DNA of 64,000 bases, from positions 212,784,001-212,848,000 of the forward strand of contig OZ024741.1 in the NCBI GenBank assembly GCA_964016885.1. The letters are read 5' to 3'. Positions within the stretch are counted from its first letter, which is position 1; the number at the start of each line of letters is the position of its first letter. This DNA is from Eledone cirrhosa (lineage: Eukaryota). The notes under the pieces were generated by a model. It was not told the origin of the DNA and made no database searches. It saw only the letters and a list, made by a program, of their open reading frames with translations. Shown here piece after piece: positions 41,797-54,439 of this stretch. Position numbers and translations under genes: made by a program.

Positions 41797-41889
41797 GTAA
41801 ATATACTCCAAATATTTGTCGAGTGCTTTTATATCAGTTATAAATATTTACTAGTTGTAACCCAACAATTTTAAATATAACTTTCCATA

Positions 41890-41934
<45 letters not shown>

Positions 41935-42119
41935 AATATTAACATAATCATGTTCCAATTAACAAACAAACGGGTGTGCAAAATTTCAGCTCAATCGGAC
42001 AACTGATGGGCGACCCAATTCTGGTCAAAAGCGTCATACTGTACCCTCGATCATTTTCTTTTTTCTTAGAGAAATTTATGTAGATACATCCAGGCAATCC
42101 CAGCATATTGAATATATAT

Positions 42120-43215
42120 ATAACCACATTATATAGATATATAACCATATTATATAGATATATAACCACATTGTATAGATATATAACCACATTATATAGA
42201 TATATGACCACATGATATAGATATATAACCACATTATATAGATATATAACCACATGATATAGATATATAACCACATTATATAGATATATAACCACATGAT
42301 ATAGATATATAACCACATTGTATAGATATATAACCACATTGTATAGATATATAACCACATTATATAGATATATGACCACATGATATAGATATATAACCAC
42401 ATGATATAGATATATAACCACATTATATAGATATATAACCACATTATATAGATATATAACCACATTGTATAGATATATAACCACATTATATAGATATATA
42501 ACCACATGATATAGATATATAACCACATTATATAGATATATAACCACATGATATAGATATATAACCACATTATATAGATATATAACCACATGATATAGAT
42601 ATATAACCACATTGTATAGATATATAACCACATTGTATAGATATATAACCACATTATATAGATATATGACCACATGATATAGATATATAACCACATGATA
42701 TAGATATATAACCACATTATATAGATATATAACCACATTATATAGATATATAACCACATTGTATAGATATATAACCACATTATATAGATATATAACCACA
42801 TGATATAGATATATAACCACATTATATAGATATATAACCACATTATATAGATATATGACCACATGATATAGATATATAACCACATTATATAGATATATAA
42901 CCACATGATATAGATATATAACCACATTATATAGATATATAACCACATTATATAGATATATAACCACATTATATAGATATATAACCACATTATATAGATA
43001 TATAACCACATTATATAGATATATGACCACATGATATAGATATATAACCACATTATATAGATATATAACCACATTATATAGATATATAACCACATTATAT
43101 AGATATATAACCACATTGTATAGATATATAACCACATTATATAGATATATAACCACATTATGATATAGATATATAACCACATTATGATATAGATATATAA
43201 CCACATTATGATATA
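42120..43215. repeat. 21-bp minisatellite (about 52 units, few variants)
   Basis: Unit ataaccacattatatagatat with tga/ttg/tgacc variants. Confidence 0.95.
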
Positions 43216-43224
43216 AGTCTATAT

Positions 43225-43880
43225 GCTCCTCTCCTCCACATCATCCAATTCATCCCCTTCCCCTTCCCCTTCCTCCCCTTGCTCCTCTATTCCCTCACTA
43301 ACCTTCCTCCACTTCCTCCCCTTCTCCCTCTACTCCCTCTCATTCCCACCCTCTGCTACATCCCCTTCCCCCTTTCTGCCCTCCATCTCTTCCCCCCTGA
43401 CCCTCCCCCTGTTCTCTCCTTGCTCTCCTTGTTCTCCTTCCTGTCTTTGCTTATTACTCCCTTGCTCTTCTTTTCTCCATCCTCTCCTTAATCTGCTTTT
43501 ATCCTTGCTCTCCTTCTTCTCCTTGCTCTCCTTTTTCTCCTTGCTCTCCTTTTTCTCATTGCTCTGCTTGCTCTCCTTTTGTCCGCCCTCTCCTTGCTCT
43601 TCTTTTCTTCTTCATCTCCTTCTCTCCTTTTATCTTTGCTCTGATTCCTCTCATTGCTCTCCTTTTCTCATTGCTCTCCTTGCTTTCATTTTAGCCTTGC
43701 CCTCCTTGCTCTCCTTTTCTTCTTCATCTCTCCTTTTCTTATTGCTCTCCTGCTCTCCTTTTATCCCTGTTCTCCTTGCTCTCCTTTTCCTTTTGCTCAC
43801 TTGCTCTCCTTTTCTCATTGCTGTTGTCCTTGTTCTCTTTTTCTCCTTACTCCCCTCTTTCCCTTGCTATCCCGTTCTCC
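43225..43880. repeat. Pyrimidine-rich low-complexity tract (ttgctctcct motif)
   Basis: Direct inspection. Confidence 0.8.
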
Positions 43881-44082
43881 TTGTATCTATGTACTTGTTT
43901 ATATACAAATACAATGGGAGCAAGGAGAATATGAAAGCAAGGATAGTAAGGAGAGTATATATAAACATATCATATATATGTATTATATATGTATTATATA
44001 TTACTTAATATCATATATATATTATTCAATACCAAGTACTCATTTCTCTCAGCTGTCAACTACATGTGGATATATGTATATT

Positions 44083-44460
44083 AGGGTGGCCCATAACAAT
44101 AGGTAATTTTCCGAAAGTTAAAATTGTGCTGCTCCCTCAGCGAAAAATAAGTGTTTGCCCTATACCTGCGCTCTGTCCCCAGCTTTGCAAGTTGCTTTTC
44201 CCATTATATTTATTGTCACTTATCCTTCTAATACTAAGAATAGGTCTGAACAAGTTTTTAATTTAAGTGAAAATTGTATGAGATAAAAAATGTTTATCTG
44301 AAAAAATGACTTTCCATGCGAAAACTTCAAAATTTCACGATAAATGAGGGTCGCCTTGCAGTTGTCCGCTTGAGCTGAAATTTGGCATAGACTGGATTTT
44401 TCTTAATTCGCACATGATAGGTGGGTGGAAGCTGGAAAGTTGAAAAATAAGGGCCACCCT
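44083..44460. mobile_element. MITE-like non-autonomous DNA transposon
   Basis: Terminal inverted repeats agggtggccc / gggccaccct in a TA context; no coding capacity. Confidence 0.55.
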
Positions 44461-44532
44461 TATATATATATACTTCGCTTTTTAATTTGTCTTCCAAGAT
44501 TTCTTATCTGAAAACGTGTGTTGAAACAGATA

Positions 44533-44806
44533 TTGTTATACTTTGGGAGGGTTATGCTGCCAATAAAAAACACACGTACCTGTTGGTTTTCACTTCAATT
44601 TATTATAAATTTCTACTTGGTTCAATAACAAGAGGGTGTAGGACAGAAAAAAAGGAGACACAAAATAAATCAGTCACTCGGCAGGTCACAGAATGAGTGA
44701 CGAAAGAGATTTGACGATATATAAGCAAACATCTATAATAAATTGACGTGAAACCAACTTGTGTGTATGTTTTTATTGGCAGCATGACCCTCCCCAATTA
44801 TAATAA
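44533..44806. repeat. Diverged inverted repeat (44533-44610 / 44730-44806)
   Basis: gggagggttatgctgccaataaaaa / tttttattggcagcatgaccctccc. Confidence 0.75.
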
Positions 44807-45004
44807 TATATATATATATATACATATATATATTTATAATTGTTTCTACTTTAGGCACAAGGCCAGAAATTACCCAGTGCATTACTGGTACTTTATTTTA
44901 TCGACCCCGTAAGGATGAAAGGCAAAGTCAACGTCGGCGGGATTTGAACTAAGATCGTATATATATAATAAAAAAAAATTCGCTCTACATGGCTGAATAC
45001 AATA

Positions 45005-45368
45005 AATCTAATCTGAGTTTTAGAATAGTATTAATAACATTCGATTCGTTTGCAATTATGCAAACAAACCTCATTTTTAAAGCCATGTCAGTAGAATGAA
45101 CCCTTCATTCTTGCTCTTGTATTGGCATGTAAACAGAACTGCAGACACTAATGTTTCTGGGTATCACGCTTCATCAGTACAGCTCACTGTCCACCTGCCA
45201 ACTGTCAGAGCTAATGAAAAGTATATGCTATTTTCTAAAATATAGTGACTGATCGGCCTGATTTGCAAGGACTCATTCTACTGACATGGCTTTACAAATG
45301 AAGCTTGTTTACATAATTGCAAACGAATCGAATGTTATTATTAATATTCGAAAAACTCAGATTACATT
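45005..45368. mobile_element. Fold-back element (arms ~45005-45105 / 45268-45368) with an HHR in the spacer
   Basis: taacattcgattcgtttgcaattatg / cataattgcaaacgaatcgaatgtta. Confidence 0.8.
45136..45185 (-). ncRNA. Minimal hammerhead ribozyme motif
   Basis: GAGCUGUA-CUGAUGA-AGCGUGAUACCCA-GAAA-CAUUAGUG-UC-UGCAGUUC: 8-bp stem I (2 GU), near-palindromic stem III, GUC triplet; stem II weak with a mismatch. Confidence 0.7.
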
Positions 45369-45384
45369 TATATATATATATATA

Positions 45385-45704
45385 TCTAAAACAGAGAATG
45401 TTGTCTGTCCCCCTAAAACTCGAGAACCACCCAACCGATTTTTTTCAAACTTTACACATGTAATACTTATGGTCGTTTGAGTGCTTTGAGCAAAAATAAA
45501 TTCAAATTTCAATGACCAAGGGACCGCGTTAGGCGCCGGTTATCTCTCTCTCTCTCTCTCTCTTTCTTAGTCTGTCTTTTTCGATACATAGCTATAACGT
45601 CGCGCCCTTATAATATCTGTTTGTATATTTGGCTGTCTGCATTACGACATTATGAACACATTGACTTCGCTATCTGTGTGTGTATATATGTATATATATA
45701 TATA

Positions 45705-45760
<56 letters not shown>

Positions 45761-46189
45761 TGTAACGTTTTTCGACATATTTACTTCTACGTTCACAGAT
45801 TGATTATTTTAGTTTCAGAAGATTCCGTTGAGGGGGAAAACAGCGATTCTTTGCTTAAACTTTAATCTGTTATTTTAATATATATATATATATATATATA
45901 GTTAGACCTGTGCGAAATTCCTTCCTTGCTCACATTTCAACCAGGTTTGATGGTCTTTATTCTCTAGTTCACGATTTTATCGAGTTTATATTCATAGAAA
46001 TCTGGGACTTGTCTCTTTCTTCTCACTTTCTGTTGCTTAAACCATTTTGTTTGTTCACCCTAACGTTCTCTTTATTTACGTGTCCCAACGACTTTTTTTA
46101 GCCGTTGTTCGCACCAACCTGAGGTATATGGCCCTTAAAGCGATGAAATGCCTGGGACGGTTGGAGGGTCACTGATGAAGGACTCACTT

Positions 46190-46242
<53 letters not shown>

Positions 46243-47253
46243 TATATTCGTGTATAGATACTTTTGCAAACAGAATATCAAAATATAAACAAACGTCTTT
46301 ATTTCCCGAGGCTCGATAAGGATAAATATATATCAAATATATAAGAACACTAGAGCAAACATTGTTCTCATTGCTGACGTAGTATCTTCGCTAGTTTCCG
46401 TTCATTGCCAGGAAACGTCTGCACGAACCAAAGTATCGTCTTCCTGTTTTCCTACGGTTGCAACGTTTTTCGAAATATTTACTTCTGCGTTCGCTGATTG
46501 ATTTTTTTTAGTTTCAGAAGATCCGTTAGGAGTGAAAGCAGCGATTCTTTGCTTAAACTTTAATCTGTTATTTTAATATATATATATAATTATATATTCG
46601 TGTACATATATTTTTGCATACACAAAACCAAAAGATAAACAAACATATTCATTTCACGACAGCACAGACGGCTTATCGTCATTGTTACTGCCGATATGCC
46701 ACCAAAAAACTCGCACTACTTTTGGCACAAGTCCAGCAATTACATAGCCAACGGTTCGCAAATCACATGCATCCCTGACGAGTTTACTCCTTACTCTACC
46801 AGTAGTCTTAGTGTACTTCGTAATGGAAAATGATTTGCCTATTCACCCAAGGCCACTTCACTTTTTATTAGGACTTCTGCATCAATTGGAGAACATACGA
46901 GGAAACATTGAAAGGAGTAAGACAACACCACTCTCCACCACTGCAGTCCCACATGCTTACTGTTCTGTAACTATTGCTTTCATTGTACCATAGCACAACA
47001 AATACATGTTCTGTTTGTCGAATGCCTTTCTACTTAACCCTATCGTCTTGGCTTTCGTGGGTTGAACATTTTACTCTCAGGCACACAATTAAGTTAAACC
47101 CCTGGTAATCTACGACGAATTTTTTGTATAAGCACAAAATGTAGACACCATCACCAGGCCGAGGTGTTCCGTACTTCTCTGTAGTGTTTCAGAAAGGAGG
47201 AATAAACATGCCAATCTATGTTTAGAATCCTGAGCAACGCCGGGCCATTCTAG
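45385..47253 (+). mobile_element. Probable non-autonomous Helitron-like element with nested insertions
   Basis: 5' TC start (tctaaaacagagaatgttgtctgtc) and 3' imperfect hairpin cctgagcaacgccggg followed by CTAG then T; that both ends belong to one element is inferred. Confidence 0.45.
45796..45869 (+). ncRNA. Hammerhead-like motif with CAGAAGA core (also 26451-26500 and 46510-46559)
   Basis: Family consensus CAGAUU..AGUUU-CAGAAGA-stem II-GAAA-GCA..UGC-UU-AAACU..AAUCUG (this copy has ACA in place of GCA). Confidence 0.5.
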
Positions 47254-47471
47254 TAGTATATATATAAAATCAATTCCAGATGATGAGACTGGAACAAAGT
47301 GATCTAATATATGTCTGGCTGAAGTAAATATCGTGAGCTGAATGCTCTCACAATTAAGACGTTGATGTTAGACTTTTTTTATCCACTTAGTTCTTACTCT
47401 CAGTTGACTAACGTTTGCACATCTCTGTCTGTCTCTCTCTCTTTCTCTTTATATATATAGATGCATACATA

Positions 47472-47551
<80 letters not shown>

Positions 47552-47581
47552 TATAGATATATATGTAAACAACTCTATCTC

Positions 47582-47621
<40 letters not shown>

Positions 47622-47663
47622 TGTATATATATATGTAATATATGTATATATATATATATATAT

Positions 47664-47765
<102 letters not shown>

Positions 47766-48296
47766 ATGTAAATATATATCTATGTATAACATCATTGTCT
47801 ACATTGTGACACATTTTTTTTTGTTTTTTTATTTTTTTTTTCTATCGTCTTTCTAAATATCTCTCCCAGGTAAAGTTGTCTTAGAAAAGTGCAATAATGG
47901 CAGCTTGCTTGCTTAGTTGTAATAACATTCTGTACCAGAGTACTACAGAGAGCTAGACAATGCTGAGAAAAGAACCGCAACGAAGCAAACAAACAAAAAA
48001 AGATGGACAGCCAAAGAATAGAAATAAAAAAGAAGCGGTTTTCATTATTTCTCTATAATGCTTACTATACATTATTTAAAAAAAATTGTAGCAGACGTAT
48101 ATATAGATATGTAGAGTAATGGGAATGGAGGAAAAAACGTGATTTCAAAAAAATGATATATATATATATATGTGTGTGTTTGTGTGTGTGTTTGGGTGGG
48201 GTGAGTATGTGTGTATATGTGTGTATATATATGTATACATATACATATGTATACATTGTATATATATATGCATATACATACATAAATTTGTATATA

Positions 48297-48399
<103 letters not shown>

Positions 48400-48618
48400 G
48401 ATGTTCCCGCAAAATGTATACTGATATTTATTAGAATGGTGTTGAAGTGTGTATACATTTTGTATATTCTTGTGCAACACATATATCATATGTCTACAAA
48501 ATCTATGTATACATAATTATCTTCACAATCACATATGAATACAGTGATATGCAACACGGAGTTGTATATATAACTAGTTCCCACACACACTTTCTCTTTC
48601 TTTTTCACTCTCTCACTC

Positions 48619-48648
<30 letters not shown>

Positions 48649-48650
<2 letters not shown>

Positions 48651-48843
48651 GGAATGAGCAGGACCCCGACGGCTGAGATCCAGCCGTTTCGACGGCTAAT
48701 TCTGAGTCCAGAATTAGCCGTCGAAACGGCTTGAGCTCAGCCGTCGGGGTCCTACTCGTTCCTATTACCCACTCTACTACCCTAAGTATTGAGTACTTTG
48801 GTGCGTTATGGTCCATCTGATTCTTACTACATTTCCTTCGTTA
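48649..48843 (+). mobile_element. Family C fold-back element carrying the 3' half of a hammerhead
   Basis: Palindrome 48649-48764; GACGGCUAAUUCUG(AGUC)CAGAAUUAGCCGUC-GAAA-CGGCU(UGAGCUC)AGCCG-UC-GGGGUCCU; unique 3' tail to 48843; in (TA)n. Confidence 0.8.
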
Positions 48844-49741
48844 TATATATATATATTTATATATTTATATATATACATATGTAAAAACATTTGTAAATCT
48901 ATCGATAGATCATTAGCCAGCGAGACTTTATCAATTGCAATTAAAACACCAAGAAATGAGTCTTAGATACAGTGATTCGATTGTCATCTGTAAAATACGT
49001 AATATATTCTAGCCATGTCCCAGGAACTATCAGTCAATTTAACTCCGTATCTACCTACATAACTAACCTTTATCTATCTACATATCATCCTGTATAGCTA
49101 TATATTTCAATTACTTTCGATCAGTTGTTCTACGTATGTCTCTATCTGCATGTGTATCTCTGTATCTCTCAGATAATATACATATGTATATATCATTTAT
49201 GTTGTATGGTTTAACTAATGAGTAAGCTGGTCAATTCGATTAGCAGACTTTCATGCAATAAGAAGAAGCACTCGAATTTGAACATAATGTGAATCATCCA
49301 TCGTAGATGTGCTCTTTTCTGGTCGGTGCAGGTATGGTGTTAGTATTACAATGAAAAAAGAAAAAAGAAGGTCGGCTTCCAAATATTCCTTTAATGTCAC
49401 AAAAATCATAATACGTATTTCTATGGACTGGGTAAGTCATCGATGCATGACGCAAATATTTGACGATGTAATCAGGTGTAGATTGCGAAGACCATGCATA
49501 AGTTCGTCATAGCTCTGACACTGATTGGCAAGCAGCCTCTGTGTCAATACTATACCCTGTATGTGTTTGCAATAATCGAGTAATTGATTATTTATTATTC
49601 ACAATTTACACGTGGTGATATCACGAAAAGCCGAGCGCCATAATCTGATAACATAAAAAGAACATTGAAACATATATTGCGATATTTGCAACATTAAAGG
49701 CACATTTAAAATCCCGCCTTCTGTTGAAATATATATGCGCG

Positions 49742-49811
<70 letters not shown>

Positions 49812-49959
49812 AAAGAGTCGGGACTCCGATGTATGAAGTCTTGTCGTTTCAACAACTACTGCGGTTCAGCAAGAGCTCAGTCATTGGGGTTCACGACTCG
49901 TTTATATATCTATACTGAGAAGTACTGGTCTAAACAGTTTTTTCCTGTATCCATATTCA

Positions 49960-50028
<69 letters not shown>

Positions 50029-50051
50029 CCTCTCTGAGTCTAAACTGTAAG

Positions 50052-50135
<84 letters not shown>

Positions 50136-50137
<2 letters not shown>

Positions 50138-50247
50138 CGAAGGAAATGTGGTAAGGAACCAGGTGGACCATAACGCACCAAAGTACTCAATACTTGAGGT
50201 AGTAGAGTGGGTAATAGGAACCAGTAAGACCCCGGGTCTTACTGGTT

Positions 50248-50251
<4 letters not shown>
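50136..50251 (-). mobile_element. Family C element truncated and folded back at the predicted HHR cleavage site
   Basis: taggaaccagtaagaccc-c-gggtcttactggttccta, centre 50233; tail homologous to 48765-48843; in (TA)n. Confidence 0.8.
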
Positions 50252-50321
<70 letters not shown>

Positions 50322-50591
50322 CCTGGGCAAATTAGAATATTGTGGCGAGTGAAAATTTTGGAAATAGAATAAAAGGCTTTCACAATAAATTGACTATAGC
50401 AAATGCTCTAATTTTAGGGCATATGAAGCCCCATAACGGAGAAAGTAGGCGTATATATATAAGTATATATATTTATATATATATTTATATATATATATAC
50501 TATATATATATATATGTATATAAAATATATATATACATATAATATTTATACAATAAATATAATATATATATATATGCTCAAATGGACGTTG

Positions 50592-50622
<31 letters not shown>

Positions 50623-50775
50623 AGCATGAGTTATATTGTTAATGGATGGAGAATTGAAAGATATAATACCTATTCTATAGGATATTAAATGTTATAAATG
50701 AATTGAAATGCCACGGATGGACATCAAATATGGCCGATGGGAGCTTCCTACTTAATCTATATATGACACTCACTA

Positions 50776-50813
<38 letters not shown>

Positions 50814-50999
50814 TTAATGTACGGACACACACACACTCACACACGCACGCACACACACACTCACACACGCACGCACACACACACACACATACATATATAT
50901 ATATACAAACATAAACACAAGCTCAAATATATGTCTATGTAATATAAACGTCCTGCAAATCGACTTAAACTAAACTTCATACAGTTGATTGTAATATTT

Positions 51000-51560
51000 T
51001 CTGCCAGAATCGGTACAGGACCGGTGAAAATTTTTTGCGGTATTTAGTTAGCGCTCTTTCAATTCCGAGTTCAAATGAGGCTGAGGTTACCTCTACTTTT
51101 CATTTTTCCGGGCTCAATATAATAATGTGTTAATCAATTATGAGGACCAATGAAATCGAATTACACTGTCCCCACAAATTTCTGGTCTTGTGCCTAAATA
51201 TGACCCCATTTGGATTGGCAGTATCGGTAGAGCGTCGCACAATATGTATCGTGACATTGAGTTACAGCCTTTTGCGTTCTCAGTTCAAATCCCGCCGTGG
51301 TTAACTTTGCCTTTCTTCCTTACGAGGTCGATAAAATAAGCACCAGTAATGCACTGGGGTAATTGCTGGCCTTGTGCCAAAAGTAGAAACAATTATTTAA
51401 GTGTAAAAGGTGTCAAATTGATAGATTGGTTAAAACGTCGGATAGAATACTTTGTGATATTGGCTCCGACTCTCTGTCCTCTGGGTTCCAGGCCCACCGG
51501 GGTCAACTTTGCCTGTTATCCTTTCGAGGTCTATAAACATAGTACCAGTCTAGTAACAGT
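51000..51560 (+). mobile_element. Cluster of three tandem SINE copies
   Basis: Three successive gagttcaaat/gggttccag...gcct...atcctt.cgaggtc.ataaa...taccagt-type units. Confidence 0.7.
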
Positions 51561-53549
51561 ACTAGACTGGTCGATTATTCCTGTATATCTCTTTCTCACT
51601 TCTTTGTTTTTTCATTTTCTCTGTCCTTCTCTGGAAAAAATCTGCTGTATTCAGACCTGGAGAGGAGATGGGCTCCGCCAGTTAGTATACCCTACACGTG
51701 CCATATGTTACGGGTCCATAGATACATGGATATAGAATGAGACGGAAGGGAACCTATAAACTGTGAATTGTCGCTGATATATCAGTGCTTCACTTCATAT
51801 ATTAATATTTAAAATTCACGAGTATTTTATTGTATTGTTTGTTTCTCGCCACTGGTACACATATATGAGCTATACCCAAATCAATCGACTAAAAGCAGAT
51901 TTTCCGCTCAAGAAAACAAATTATTATTTATTTTGTTATGAACGGAATGCCTGGGGGGGCATAAAATAATGACCTCTTATATCATTGGTATGTATTCAGT
52001 TAGAGGAGAGACGTGTTGGAGCCCTGGGCAAGACACTTAATTCTACTTGCACAATGCTTCGTTTTTAATTAAGAAAATTACTAACGTCTACTAGCGACAC
52101 ACAATAAACGAGCGAATAATTATTCGGACTTCTGGCCAAACCACTTAATTCTGCTTAAGTAGGTTTCATGCTTAATTAAGAAACTGTTATTTACTCAGCT
52201 TCAAATCTGTTTAATGTAAACAACGGCATTTTGGAAAACTATCAGCGATTAAGAAATATATTTAAACCAATATGTTAAGAGAGAGTACCACAGCTGCTTA
52301 AAATTATTAGGCTCTGTTCTGGTGGTCCGACGATTATTGGTTCATATTTAGTGTCTGCTGCTCAACTTCATTCCTGGTAAATTTCTATATAATTCTTAAG
52401 AGGAACATCTACTCAATGTTTCAAATGCTATCTAAAATATTCAATCATATACTTAGTAGAAAATTACATTAAATTAATGATTTCTGATTTAGGCACAAGG
52501 CCAACAATTTTGGAGGAATAGAAGGTCGAATACATCGGCCCCTGTAAGGAAGAAAAGCAAAGCTACGCTCGGTGGGATTTGAACTCAGAACCAAAAGGGT
52601 CTTAACTCTACGCAGCAAAGCATACTGCCCGACGCTCTACCGATACAAGAGCGTTGGATAACATGCTATGTTGCATAAAATTACCTAAAAATAATAAAGA
52701 GTTTAATATATAGTCACAGAAAAAGAAATTTGCATTGGGAAAGACTATAAAAGCTATAAATGAAAAGAAAAGGAGGGGTGTAGCAAGGATTTTTAGGCAA
52801 CGAAAAATAACTTTGCAAGGGGACAAGGTGACAGAATCTACACCTAAGTTAAAGATATATCATATATAGTTTTACATATGTAGTATACACATGCTTAGTT
52901 AGTATATTTACAGTAGCAGTTGTTTTAGCCTAGAGTAGCAATAGTACTGGTAACAATTAAAGATTGAGTGGTGATTTGGCTGCGCCCCGCGGACAAAATT
53001 GCAATTTAATCGACGTAACCTCTACCACCGAAAATTCTTGGCCTTGTCCCTAAAACAAAAACAAGAGCAGCGGAGTGACATTATCGGTAGAGCGTCGCAC
53101 AAAATACTTTAAGGGACAAAGTTACACCCCTTTAAGTCGAGAGTTCAAATAACGCCGACGAGAAATCTTTATTAGATAAATAAATCTTTATTTACTTAAC
53201 GTAATTCTCTGAGATTCAACATGACAGACTGTGTTAAAAAGCTAGCTCTTTCAATGACAAGTACAATCCAACGCACTGGCTTCCAAACAGTTTAGAGTGA
53301 GTTGTTATTCTTTTCTCTTTGTCCTACGTATTACCGCATATAATATCACATATAGACACAGTATTAACATACATATATATACACACGTACATACAGGCAC
53401 ACATGACACATTTACACCCCCATATATATATATATATTCTGAACATATACCTGTTATATAAATACATATCACTGTACCCGTTTTTTCTCCAGTTTGCATA
53501 CTAATACATATATATATATGTATATATATATACATATATATATATATAT

Positions 53550-53587
<38 letters not shown>

Positions 53588-53836
53588 GTATATATATATA
53601 TGCATATATATATATATATAACGAAGTAAGTGTGGTAGGGAACCATATATACATATATACGTGTATTATGTATGCATCATCTAAGTATGCATGCATGCAT
53701 ATGCATATGTATATATCTATATATATACATATATAAGTGTATGTACATATAGACACATCTACATGTAGATGTGTCCGTGTCTGGGTATATACATATATAT
53801 ATATATATATATATACATACACATACTTGTATATGT

Positions 53837-53929
<93 letters not shown>

Positions 53930-54240
53930 TTTGTATGTATATATATATACATATTTGTATATATATATATATATGGGGAGTGTATGTATGTGTGTGAGAG
54001 AATGATAGATAGATATATAGATATTATTTCAGGCCTAAAGGTTAGACAGCAGTGTTGGAGTCTTTTCAAAAGATGCACACTCAACTAAAGATACTATCGT
54101 AGGGAGAGAAGAATTGTTGAACAAAGGCAGATTAGTCAATAGGCACTAATGAAGACTAACAGACACATTCACTGTTGATAGATGTGATATATGTGATATA
54201 TATATATTTATATATATGCATATATATATATATATGCATA

Positions 54241-54300
<60 letters not shown>

Positions 54301-54399
54301 GCATATATATACATATATATATATATATGCATATATATATATATGCATATATATATGCATATATATATATAGCTATTTATTTATATAAATATACATGTG

Positions 54400-54439
<40 letters not shown>

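Noticed and set aside
41948-43206. 418-aa and 376-aa ORFs
   Set aside because: Translations of a stop-free 21-bp minisatellite; no evidence of coding function.
44675-44715. gtcactc...gagtgac-gaaa hairpin in an inverted-repeat spacer
   Set aside because: Stem II-GAAA-like only; CUGANGA and stem III absent.
46168-46195. cactgatgaaggactc motif before (TA)n
   Set aside because: The sequence ends before any 3' half of a hammerhead.
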